Shown here one piece after another: positions 40,845-52,735 of a DNA stretch of 64,000 nt (positions are counted from its first letter, which is position 1; every line of letters starts with the position of its first letter). The notes beneath the pieces were generated by a model. It saw only the letters and a list, made by a program, of their open reading frames with translations. It made no database searches and was not told the origin of the DNA. A program made the translations under genes and the position numbers. The stretch is from positions 10,083,736-10,147,735 of the forward strand of contig NC_068990.1 of NCBI RefSeq assembly GCF_001194135.2, written 5' to 3'. This DNA is from Octopus bimaculoides (Eukaryota).

Positions 40845-40993
40845 NNNNNNNNNNNNNNNNNNNNNNNNNNNNNNNNNNNNNNNNNNNNNNNNNNNNNNNN
40901 NNNNNNNNNNNNNNNNNNNNNNNNNNNNNNNNNNNNNNNNNNNNNNNNNNNNNNNNNNNNNNNNNNNNNNNNNNNNNNNNNNNNNNNNNNNNN

Positions 40994-41033
<40 letters not shown>

Positions 41034-42314
41034 CCTAATTAACAGTGAATATTGGGGGAGGTTGAATGGAAAATGTTCGAGGGCTTGTGCACAATGGATT
41101 CTTGCAATGATTAAATAACAATTACTTTAAATTTTAAGAAGCAAATGCAAGGCAAAATGATACACACACTGACGTTCCTTCATCAGACGTACAGAGTTTT
41201 AGTTAATTATTTAGAATGATGTGCGGATATTTAGACGCTGTTACTTGAAAACTTCACCTACAAAATTGATCAAGGTATTGGTCTTGAGTATCATTTACTC
41301 GCCGTATTTATATAATTATTTTCTTTCGTGAACCTAGAATATATTCCACTACTAAAATGAATGTTATGAATGAATGATATTAATGACGAGATAAATATAA
41401 GCAATAAGCAACTAGAATCGTGCGTGAGAGGATAGCAAAAGTAGGTGTTTGCAGATAAAAGTAATCTAAGAACTGCAAATGTTATCAACGGCGGTAATTT
41501 AGACTTTTTCCTATTTGCACTAATATTCAAGCTTTAATAATTCAATACATCAAGTACAATCTCTGTCCAAAGAAAAATAGTAATACTTGTTGAAGTAATT
41601 TCATTGTACGAAATAAATATAATTCTTTTAAAAGATATGCCACAGGATGGTAGATTTCTTGGCTTGACATTCAATTTGTTTGATGCAAATGATATTAATT
41701 TGTGAGAGTCAGAGTATAGGTTTCTTGTATCTTGATGTAAGTAGATGAGAAAGACGTGAAATAATATAACGCAAAACGTTATAAGCAACACTTATGAATC
41801 TAAAATATACAGAATAATAATATACAGCAATATAGAGAAACCGCGCCGAAGATGATGATATTGTTATACCCCAAAATCACGTGAGGATTAGTGGTCACCA
41901 GCATCCTGAATCTATTTACAGTCGGCAATATGTATCCTCTTTTTGTATGTTCTTATCCGCAAAACGTAAGTAATGCATACACATGAATGCACACATTTTA
42001 AGACATGCACATACATATAATGTTACAGTTAACGAAAGACTCTTTTTCCATAAATGAAGGTGTGTTATTCCGTATTGCCATATAATCCCTATCCTTATTA
42101 AAATTCAACAATACAATATTGTTGCTAATTTGAATATCATTAACTTATGTGATCTCTTATGACACCAATCAGATATTCTTAAATAAGGATGGGTTCGTAA
42201 GAATGAAATAATTAACATTCCCCAGCAAGAGTTAATCTTTGTAAATATACCTAGCAGAATTAAACGCATGGCAGGAGTGCTCATATTATCATCCTCTATT
42301 TCTGAAGAGAATTG

Positions 42315-42317
<3 letters not shown>

Positions 42318-42359
<42 letters not shown>
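42318..42359. repeat. (TA)n microsatellite
   Basis: Direct reading. Confidence 0.95.
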
Positions 42360-42361
<2 letters not shown>

Positions 42362-43129
42362 TCACGTATCACGTATACAAAACCAAACTTTCTGCACCTA
42401 CCTAGATAAATTTTTGATATTTTACGATGCTTCTAAAATTTAAAAAATCCATCACAAACACATCAAATCAATTACTAACACGCATACACACGAATGTATA
42501 TATATGCGTATATAAACGTATGAAGTTATATATNNNNNNNNNNNNNNNNNNNNNNNNNNNNNNNNNNNNNNNNNNNNNNNNNNNNNNNNNNNNNNNNNNN
42601 NNNNNNNNNNNNNNNNNNNNNNNNNNNNNNNNNNNNNNNNNNNNNNNNNNNNNNNNNNNNNNNNNNNNNNNNNNNNNNNNNNNNNNNNNNNNNNNNNNNN
42701 NNNNNNNNNNNNNNNNNNNNNNNNNNNNNNNNNNNNNNNNNNNNNNNNNNNNNNNNNNNNNNNNNNNNNNNNNNNNNNNNNNNNNNNNNNNNNNNNNNNN
42801 NNNNNNNNNNNNNNNNNNNNNNNNNNNNNNNNNNNNNNNNNNNNNNNNNNNNNNNNNNNNNNNNNNNNNNNNNNNNNNNNNNNNNNNNNNNNNNNNNNNN
42901 NNNNNNNNNNNNTATATATATACATATATATATATATATGTATATATATACATATACATATAATTAGCGAACAACAAATACAAGTACATTAAGAAACAGA
43001 GTGGCTAAATTATTTTTATAGAATTATAAATCTGCCCTCCAATTTTTTTTCAGCCTGTGAAATCTCGGTAGCATATACTGGATGCCACGAGAAGATGATT
43101 CACTTCTGGACCGCAGAAATTATAATTAA

Positions 43130-43470
43130 TTTCTGAACCACTGAAGGAAAATTTAAATCCAGATACAGCATCTATTCTTATACCTTGATGCAACCCAAGA
43201 AGAGATATGCAACAACCTTCTTAGCACTAATCTGGAGACTTAAAAACGAGAACATCGATTACATTATCAAGTGGATGATCCTACCTAAGACCAAAACTTG
43301 AATTAACGAATGAAACAGACGTGCTCGTTTGAAAACTATATGTAATAAAAAAAATTTTAGAATCTCCAAGGATTATACAAACACAACAGAAATTTTGAAA
43401 CGGCATTTAAGAACACAAATTTTATCAGTAATTAAGGATAAACAACCAGCAATACCTCACCAAATTCCAT
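43130..43470 (+). mobile_element. Penelope-like GIY-YIG C-terminal fragment
   Basis: KRYATTFLALIWRLKNENIDYIIKWMIL resembles the Penelope endonuclease C-terminal motif STTLSKYIW.LK..NIDY.IKW.IL. Confidence 0.6.
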
Positions 43471-44580
43471 TCGTTGTTTAATTTTTGATACCCGTAAAAC
43501 ACAGCTTGTATTTACTCTACTGTCAATTATCGCTACTGATTCCGCTCTATGCTCATTCATACGTTGATTACAGCACATTTATTCAACTCTCTTTTCGTTA
43601 CTATAATTATATAGCATGCGAAATAAATTTATATTTCGGTAAAGAAACCCAAGGTACCTTTATTTCACAAGAATTACTATGTTGTTTTCATGATAAAAAT
43701 ATCTTCACTAAATTAGCTGATCGAGTGGGCAATTTTACTCGATGTAATTCATATCACAGACAAACACAAACATACACACACACAATTATCCCCCCCCCCN
43801 NNNNNNNNNNNNNNNNNNNNNNNNNNNNNNNNNNNNNNNNNNNNNNNNNNNNNNNNNNNNNNNNNNNNNNNNNNNNNNNNNNNNNNNNNNNNNNNNNNNN
43901 NNNNNNNNNNNNNNNNNNNNNNNNNNNNNNNNNNNNNNNNNNNNNNNNNNNNNNNNNNNNNNNNNNNNNNNNNNNNNNNNNNNNNNNNNNNNNNNNNNNN
44001 NNNNNNNNNNNNNNNNNNNNNNNNNNNNNNNNNNNNNNNNNNNNNNNNNNNNNNNNNNNNNNNNNNNNNNNNNNNNNNNNNNNNNNNNNNNNNNNNNNNN
44101 NNNNNNNNNNNNNNNNNNNNNNNNNNNNNNNNNNNNNNNNNNNNNNNNNNNNNNNNNNNNNNNNNNNNNNNNNNNNNNNNNNNNNNNNNNNNNNNNNNNN
44201 NNNNNNNNNNNNNNNNNNNNNNNNNNNNNNNNNNNNNNNNNNNNNNNNNNNNNNNNNNNNNNNNNNNNNNNNNNNNNNNNNNNNNNNNNNNNNNNNNNNN
44301 NNNNNNNNNNNNNNNNNNNNNNNNNNNNNNNNNNNNNNNNNNNNNNNNNNNNNNNNNNNNNNNNNNNNNNNNNNNNNNNNNNNNNNNNNNNNNNNNNNNN
44401 NNNNNNNNNNNNNNNNNNNNNNNNNNNNNNNNNNNNNNNNNNNNNNNNNNNNNNNNNNNNNNNNNNNNNNACATTGCTTTTACATTCGCAAACTGACTTT
44501 ACAACATACATTCTGAACATAAACAATATTAACAACTAGCTCACACACAGTATTCTATTGCATATATAACATGCGTGAAT

Positions 44581-44584
44581 AATG

Positions 44585-44667
<83 letters not shown>
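44581..44667. repeat. (AAT)n microsatellite
   Basis: Direct reading. Confidence 0.97.
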
Positions 44668-44668
<1 letters not shown>

Positions 44669-44689
44669 CCAAAAATGCCACAGAACCGC

Positions 44690-45350
44690 TAGTATAAGAG
44701 GTAGGAAGGTCAGGCTACTGTAAGATGAAAGATTGCAAAGATAAAGTGCTATACAATAAATTGGAAACGAATGAAACTGAAAATAGGTGGGTAAAGAAGC
44801 GAATCCATGGTCAATTTCATAGAGATGTTGAAAATAAGACAGACAGAGAAACAAAATATGCTGTGGATGACTAAAAGTGACTTAAACAGGAAGCAAAGGC
44901 TCTAATCTGCGCTGACCGAGAGCAAGCATTAAGTACAAATTACATAAAATACAACAAGTCAGAAAGTGATAAGTGCGGAATGTGTGAACAAAACCGTAAG
45001 GCATATTACCAGCCAATGTACACCACTAGCCCGGATGGAATAAAAGACACGCTATCTATTCAAGGTATCAATACCAACAGTTGACAATGTTTGTCTCAAA
45101 GAAACGGAGGAACTTTCAAAATATAAAGATCTGGAAATAGAGGTCATTCTTATCACAGTAGGCGCCTTAGGTATGACAAAAAATAAAGCACATTTAGATA
45201 AATACATAACAAGTACTTATAAGTATAGATAGCACAGAGAGAATAGCACTACTAGGAACTATACACATCCTATGTAAAACACTTTAAATACAATGTAACT
45301 AAGAGCACCACAACAAGTCACAGCACATACCCAAAGCACACAGAGCAAAC
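44690..45350 (+). mobile_element. 5'-truncated, internally deleted R4/Dong-clade retrotransposon (CCHC knuckle, end of REL endonuclease, 3' UTR)
   Basis: WVKKRIHGQFHRD, WMTKSDL, EAKALICADREQALSTNYIKY, ESDKCGMC...HITSQCTPLA (C-x2-C...H-x3-C), LKETEELSKYKDLEIEV, TVGALG and IALLGTIHILCKTL. Confidence 0.88.
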
Positions 45351-45381
45351 CACAACAACAACAGCAACAAGAACAATAGCA

Positions 45382-45382
<1 letters not shown>

Positions 45383-45452
<70 letters not shown>
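45383..45452. repeat. (AAT)n microsatellite, 3' tail or target of the R4/Dong copy
   Basis: Direct reading. Confidence 0.95.
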
Positions 45453-45453
<1 letters not shown>

Positions 45454-45539
45454 TGAATTAATATAAAGTCAAAATTAAAAGAAGAGTGCCATTTGCTATC
45501 TTGTGAACAATATTTCGACATATAATAATAATAATATCA

Positions 45540-45690
45540 CCTCAGGTTAAAGAACAGCAAAGGCAAGATAACCTGGCCAAAACACAAACAAACTGTCGGT
45601 ATGATATACGGCAATGATTCTTTGAACAAAACAAACAGTTTAACTCGCATGGAAAACGATTCTGCCAAGAATCCGGTAAAAGTAACCATT
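45540..45690 (+). mobile_element. Small R4/Dong N-terminal fragment
   Basis: QVKEQQRQDNLAKTQTNCRYD and EQNKQFNSHGKRFCQESGK resemble the pre-RT region AKAQKIRRYE...QNKQFNSN.KKFYRE.GK; the related YNKRKRFF is seen at ~5440-5465 on the minus strand. Confidence 0.55.
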
Positions 45691-46942
45691 ATTATTATCA
45701 TGACAAAAAAAAATATTTTTGCTTGCATGTTATTTTGATTTTAATGCCCTCCAAATCCTGATGTTTAAGTAGATAAAAATCATACTGATGATGAGATGGC
45801 ATTGATTCAACTGACGTTTGTGAATATCTCATTAAGAACTGTCATTTCTGTTGTCAATATATACCACAGGGGATACTGTTTAAAGAAACTTGTTTACAAC
45901 ACAAATGATATAGCCTTATGAGAAAATGATTCATTGTATTCTTTAAAGAAAGATGTCATTTTATCTTGAAGATTAAGAATGTTTTGTTTCTCTGTTTCGA
46001 CTACATAAAATTTTAATCGAAACTTACAAGGGAAACCTAAAAATATCGAACGGTAAACAAAGTCGTTATACACTTCGAAAACAATAGAATTGAATATTTT
46101 GGAGTGCTAATGAGATGAAAACTTGGAAAGATATCGGCTTGATAGATGAAACAAATATTTCGATCCATTTTCGACTACACGCATAGCAAATGCAGGTATA
46201 TATACATATATATATATATATATATANNNNNNNNNNNNNNNNNNNNNNNNNNNNNNNNNNNNNNNNNNNNNNNNNNNNNNNNNNNNNNNNNNNNNNNNNN
46301 NNNNNNNNNNNNNNNNNNNNNNNNNNNNNNNNNNNNNNNNNNNNNNNNNNNNNNNNNNNNNNNNNNNNNNNNNNNNNNNNNNNNNNNNNNNNNNNNNNNN
46401 NNNNNNNNNNNNNNNNNNNNNNNNNNNNNNNNNNNNNNNNNNNNNNNNNNNNNNNNNNNNNNNNNNNNNNNNNNNNNNNNNNNNNNNNNNNNNNNNNNNN
46501 NNNNNNNNNNNNNNNNNNNNNNNNNNNNNNNNNNNNNNNNNNNNNNNNNNNNNNNNNNNNNNNNNNNNNNNNNNNNNNNNNNNNNNNNNNNNNNNNNNNN
46601 NNNNNNNNNNNNNNNNNNNNNNNNNNNNNNNNNNNNNNNNNNNNNNNNNNNNNNNNNNNNNNNNNNNNNNNNNNNNNNNNNNNNNNNNNNNNNNNNNNNN
46701 NNNNNNNNNNNNNNNNNNNNNNNNNNNNNNNNNNNNNNNNNNNNNNNNNNNNNNNNNNNNNNNNNNNNNNNNNNNNNNNNNNNNNNNNNNNNNNNNNNNN
46801 NNNNNNNNNNNNNNNNNNNNNNNNNNNNNNNNNNNNNNNNNNNNNNNNNNNNNNNNNNNNNNNNNNNNNNNNNNNNNNNNNNNNNNNNNNNNNNNNNNNN
46901 NNNNNNNNNNNNNNNNNNNNNNNNNNNNNNNNNNNNNNNNNN

Positions 46943-46950
46943 NTATTATA

Positions 46951-46989
<39 letters not shown>

Positions 46990-46995
46990 ATAATA

Positions 46996-47036
<41 letters not shown>
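46943..47036. repeat. (TAT)n microsatellite, i.e. an (AAT)n tail on the minus strand
   Basis: Direct reading. Confidence 0.96.
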
Positions 47037-47037
<1 letters not shown>

Positions 47038-47240
47038 TTATGTTTGACTTTTGTTTTGCATTTGTACAAGTTGGAGCCAAGTCTCACCCAGAGACCTCAA
47101 GAGACAACAAGTTAGAAGTCCATGTAGGTGTTATGCCTAGGGTACCATATATTTGGATTTGTACAGTTTTGTTCAAGTGAATGTTTAAGAAACCATAAGA
47201 AAATTGTGTTTGCTTTAATATTTGAGATCACATAGACAAT
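47037..47240 (-). mobile_element. 3'-UTR-only copy of an R4/Dong-like element ending in (AAT)n
   Basis: Minus strand ...ttgttgtctcttgaggtctctgggtgagacttgg...aaaagtcaaacataaaataataat. I recognise gaggtctctgggtgagac as an R4/Dong-type 3' UTR motif from memory; this is not verified by search. Confidence 0.55.
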
Positions 47241-47734
47241 ATTATTCTCCTTTCTTAAATCATAATTTAAACAGTGTTTCTATTGTCATTATTCGTATTA
47301 ATATGTAAACTGCGACTTAACTTGTTCTAACAAGTATTAGTAATTGATACGCTGATATTCATATTATGATAAGTTAGATTTCCTCCATCATTAACTTTAG
47401 TATGACTATCGTTACAAGCAAAATGAATGGGCATATGACTATCTAAATGTTTATTGCTGTAATTAAAGTAGCTAATAGGATTGTTATTATTAACACTGCC
47501 AGCATTATTATACAATGTCCCTGTTATCTTATTTAATAGTATCATCGTCATTGTGAACAACAGCAGAATCTCTAATGCCGCAGTTGTTAGAAACAATGTC
47601 ACTAACATTAAGGTGATAACTGTTCTTACTTACATAACTATTTCGCAACTGCATGCTCATTTAAGTAGGCAGGTATTTTACCTTGAGGATAGGCGACAAC
47701 ACGTCTTCTGAAATTTCAAGTAACTTTCTGAGAA

Positions 47735-49010
47735 CTGCATTGATAATAGATTTCTAGATCTGCTACACAAGTTCTGCAGCTTTGTCGAGTTCAGAAGTAG
47801 AGCAGAGTATCTCAGTACTGGTGTAGCTCATATATCTATGTCTTGAAAGTTGTTACCTCCATTTCACTTTGTTTCAGGCAAGATTCTAATTCTCATCTTG
47901 TACTCTTTAGTGACTTACTCCTTTTCCTTTCTCTTTCAGTTATCTTATTGACTTGCAGCACACGTAGATATTTGTATTTCTCATTATTCTGAAGCCATCT
48001 AATGACGTCTTCTTGTGGCAATGTTATACCATTAGACTTTATCTTCTAACTTCTCTTCATCATTAGTACTGCGCACTTATCTACGACAAACTGCATTCCA
48101 GTGTCTTTACTGAATATTCTTCTTGTTGGGATAAAAGAAATCAAATGCTTCATGTTTTTGTATATATTTTAAGGTCAGCCATATAACGTGGGTGATATAA
48201 CTTTCAACTTGGATTTGGCAAACACATAGGCAGGCCTGCATTTTCTTAGTATACTTATGAGAGGGGTTAGCGCAGCGCCGAAGTGTAACGGAGAGAGCGA
48301 AACTTCTTGGAAAATGTCCCTACGTATTTTCAAGTTACCTAGCGGTACGTTTGCACACATCAGTTCTACTTCTCACACTCTCATTGCCCCCCCCCCCCAA
48401 AAAAAAAGATGTTTATTTTCTCATTGATTCCAAGCTTCCTCAGACGTTTCAAGAGTAAGCTGTCTGCACATGGTCGCAAGACTTCCTGTAATCTATCCAT
48501 CCAACAATTAAATTTTTCCTTCATACTCGTAGCTCGATTAATATTCTGCCGTCTATGTATAGCAGATCAGTAGTACCGCTTCATTTCTTCTTACATACGT
48601 TTTGCTCTTCTGACAGTACCTTCTCCTTTTCCAGAATAGTTTATACCTTATCTTTTATGAGGTCAGTTAATTGTTTCCAGACTACGGCTCTCATGTAAAG
48701 GGTATCTATTTGCTGACTTCCCCTCTCCTTTGTTTGTCCTCCCGTTATCAGCAATCTCACTGATTTTGTCATCCGTGTTAGTGGTCCATTGTCTATGCAG
48801 TCACTAACGAACGGTTGTATATATCTGTGTAAATTTGGGAGGTTTTTGAGCCAGAACCACATGACAACATCTACCAGAGAATCTGTTGAGATTGGTATTT
48901 ATTAAGTATTTCTTTTACATTCTTATCCTTGATTGTTATACTTTCTTCTATTCGAGACAAGCTGTTCGGACCTGGAAATGCCAACAGCCAAACGTGCATG
49001 AGATACATGC
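47735..49010 (-). mobile_element. Decayed R4/Dong-clade RT region
   Basis: WFWLKNLPNLHRYI...VWKQLTDLIKDKV (48862-48641), LKIRRDIFQEVSLSPLHFGAALTPLISILRKC (48360-48175), FSKDTGMQFVVDKCAVL and KYKYLRVL, matching GIFQGDSLSPLLF and FSKDIGMEFG..KC. Confidence 0.88.
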
Positions 49011-49247
49011 AAGAGGTGGAAACCGTTCTCAACGCAATCTTTCAGTGCCTATGTGTTAAAAACTAGCGGGCTTGTTTTTAGTAGTTGCTGAATCGAGTAA
49101 GAGGAATCCCGACATCCTTTTATGTTGTAATGTTTCTCTCACACATACACACACGCACACATGCACATGCAGCCGCACTCACACACATACACACATGCAC
49201 ACATACACACATGGAAACTTATATACATACTTGAAACAGAGAATGAT

Positions 49248-49260
49248 AGAGAGAGAGAGT

Positions 49261-49306
<46 letters not shown>
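49248..49306. repeat. (GA)n microsatellite
   Basis: Direct reading. Confidence 0.93.
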
Positions 49307-49307
<1 letters not shown>

Positions 49308-49559
49308 TATTGCAGCAACTGAAATTTTAACCCGCTATCTGACGGCGGCAAGTTCGAACATTTTGTCACGATACTCTTATATATTTTTTCCTCTTAAAGT
49401 AAATAAATTCAATACTCTTCTGAAAGAGTCGGTTATCCTTAAAGTTATGACTCAGTTGCTTTTATAAATGAACTTACGTAGCTCACAAGTACACATATAA
49501 AATCACACACAGACGTATAGCTTATACAGGAATTTACGCAATATGATTTTCAGATATCG

Positions 49560-50480
49560 AAACTTTCAATTCTGCTGCGTGTTCATTTTATCGTGTAGCC
49601 TATGCTACATAGTGAAGTCCCTGCTTCATTAGATGTAATGATTTATTAGGTAAATTTGCTATTCTCATATAACTCTCTCATGATGTCACGTTCTTCATGA
49701 TTATCTTTTTGAATAGTTATTCTTCATTTCTCCTTTAATACGGCATTTATTTATTCATGTTGACAGATTTGCTCTTCAAATGACACGTTTCTTTAATTAC
49801 GCCTCGATTTTTGCAATTGATATGTTGTCTCTTTGTGACAACACTCAATTTGTAGAATGTTTCTTTTCTGCTTATGCAAATCCTTCTACTATGTCTAATA
49901 CATACTTTCTCTAATTTTGATTCCCCTTATCTACGTATATTTTATTCCTTGACTCGTTCAGAGCGAAATATGTTTTTTTTTTTCCATTTGTATTTCTGTG
50001 TTTGTCTCTAATTTTTGTTAACTTCATTCCTTCGTACTTTAGTCTTTTTTCTTACGTCCAATTAGAAGTTTCTGTACATTTCTTTTTTTTTTCTTCCAGT
50101 ATCTTTTCACTTGTTAGATTAAAGTGAAGTTTCTGACATATTTTCACATATGTATTAGCCATTTAACTATTTTTCCTTTATTCTTCTGTGTTTTCTTTAT
50201 AGGTACCTGATCTTTCTATTAGGGATTCAATCTTTCTTTTAGTTCATCATTGATCAATTATAAAATATCCTTCCGGAGATTTCCCTACTTTTCATTTTTC
50301 CTTTCGTCTTATTTCTATGGATCTTCTCTTCGAAATTTCCTCTTTCAGTATTTACTGTTTGTCCCTTTGTTTTTATTTTTACAAACTTCAATCATGTTTC
50401 CTCTCTTAGTGTCTCTGCAATTTTGTATCTCTAGCTTTCTCTATTCTCACATTCCTTATCGTATATGACTTCTCTTTTTA
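49560..50480 (-). mobile_element. Possible highly decayed upstream part of the adjacent R4/Dong element
   Basis: The minus strand is strongly A/purine-rich like LINE coding strands, and it is collinear and co-oriented with the RT at 47735-49010; there are only weak peptide hints. Confidence 0.3.
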
Positions 50481-52511
50481 TTTCTAAAGTAACGAGCGAA
50501 AATGCGGACCCAACGGGACGTACTTTCATATCGTATAGAAACAAAGGAAATACTGTAAGACATTTAAACCATCGATTAAATATTTTTTTCTGAAGTCGCT
50601 ACCGATCAGTGCTTTAATATCGATTACGTTACATTTAACAAAAACTTAAATACAGCAGCAGATCTATGTCTGCTATTGCACTAAAGACAGCGCATTAGGG
50701 GAGTCTATGTCAGTAACATCACAGTGAAGAATATAAATTAAACGAAGTGATTATACATAAGAAAATACAAATTTTGCAATTCATATATTTAAATGCACTA
50801 CACTGTGTGCCTTACCTCACAATTTCTAAATGAACTCTTACTTATTATGTTTACAAACGATTGATACAATCATTCTACATTATATTTGCACAAACAACAA
50901 TAAATGTTGTTTCTTGTTTCTTAAGGAATGGTTATGACGAATGTGATATATTTTACGCTATAACATTAAGTCGTAATTTTGTGGATAGAAGTGAAGCATC
51001 CAAATATATTTTTATTGATATGAAATATTATGAAAACATTTGCTGCTGAATTCTTTATATTCTGGATGAAACAAAAATTGGTGTGATAGAAGGATATTTG
51101 TGAGATAATTGGAAATATATGTATTTTGAAATATATTCTTATTCAAGATATTAAATTATATGTGTCAAGTTGTTAATAACTCCAAACTCAGCACTGATAA
51201 AGCAACCGCCACAAAATCTAATTCATTCTAAAATCCACTTGCTCCTAATTGATTAGCTCTCATTTTTAGAAGATTCCAAGTTCTCATGAAAGAAATTTGC
51301 CTTTTATTTTCGGTAAGATGCATAATAAAGTAGTTTCTTTCTAGTTGATATTATAAAGGATTATCCGTTGAAATAACTTAGTGATAATTGTCTTATAAAT
51401 ATACGGTGTAGTTTGAGACGGTAATATCAGACATATGGGTAAGCCATTCTGCCGAACATTCAAATAGCGCTCGAGAAGAATTCGCTGTTTTTACAGAAAT
51501 TCTAGAATTGAACAAAAAAAAAAAAAGAAAAGAAACAACAGACATTTCTTTGTTAATATGTTCCCACTTGTTTCCTTTCTCATTGGTTTATTATTTGACG
51601 TTCTCATATTTATTTACCATTTTAACCTGGTAAATTATTAGGTCCGCTTTGATTGTTACATACAATAGCCTCAACTATTCTATTACTTTTCTATTGTAAC
51701 GATTTTGAATGAATTATATCTTCCGAAGCGATTGTCACTGCGCAAATGAAATATAAACATGATTTTTTTTTTCAATTCACACTAACATCTTAAAAGTTTA
51801 AACGCTGAATTATGTAGTAACTATGCATTGGAAACTGACTGAACGTTAAGAGTTAAGATAGTTATAATATAATGTTTCATTTATAAGCGCTGAGATGAAA
51901 TAGAAATGTATTCGATTAGAAGTTGATGTCAATGCAAATATTTGTGTTATTTCATTTGTATTATTCAGCATATTCACAAACTGTGATTTGGTGAGATCTG
52001 TGCTTAAATGCGAAAAGATTGCAAATAATCTGATATAGTATTTATTACAGCTTCTTAAATATCGCAACGTCTAAATATCTGAATAATTGTTCTAGGTTCA
52101 CTTAAATATGGGGTATGAATTAACCATTAGATCAGTCTGTAACAATGCGACTAATCCTGGTATAACCTTTTTCATATGTTCACCAGGCTTATGTAAATAT
52201 TCATAGCATTTATCGTGTAATTAGGATGCAAGTACTGTAAAAAAACGACATTTGCGTTTCACTCCCGCTGTTCGGAATCATTATTTATGACCCTATTGTA
52301 TGTAAAAAATAGTTTGTTTTATTTTCAGTAAAATGAAGTGCTCTGATGAAACTGTTTATCGAATGTCACAAACTTTCGTGCTCAATATTGCGCTGGTTTT
52401 CTCAGCTCTAGCATTACACAAAAGCTGTCTTTTCATACGTAACATACTATCAATTGTACTGTAATCGACCAAGAGAATGCGTCGAAACTGCCTGAGACAT
52501 ATTTAGTAATA

Positions 52512-52735
52512 GTAGTTTCAAATTTTGGAACAAGGCCAACAATTTAGGAGGACGCCGTAATTCGATCACATCGACATGCCCCTGTTGTTCAGTTAGTACT
52601 TATTTTATCGAACTCGAAATGACGAAAGGCAAAGTGGATTTCGGCGAAATTTAAACTCATAACGTAAACACGAAATAAATACTGCTATGCATCTTTCTCA
52701 TCGTGCTTACGATTGTCCCAGTTCTTCGTCTTCAC
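52512..52735 (-). mobile_element. Near full-length tRNA-derived SINE
   Basis: gtttcaaattttggaacaaggcc...gtacttattttatcga...gaaaggcaaagtggatttcggcgaaatttaaactcataacgtaa is the reverse complement of the 33970 family. Confidence 0.88.

Noticed and set aside
41160-41200. Minus-strand CTGATGAAGGAACGTC
   Set aside because: No stem II, no GAAA and no stem I pairing.
12175-47180. Many long ORFs (200-390 aa) in the ORF track
   Set aside because: They are open only because they cross N-gaps and (TA)n/(CA)n repeats (poly-X, YIYI, HTHT, CVCV); they are not coding.
47327-47711. Overlapping ORFs on both strands with an N-terminal hydrophobic stretch
   Set aside because: The sequence looks like a decayed AAT/trinucleotide tract, which opens frames on both strands; no recognisable family.
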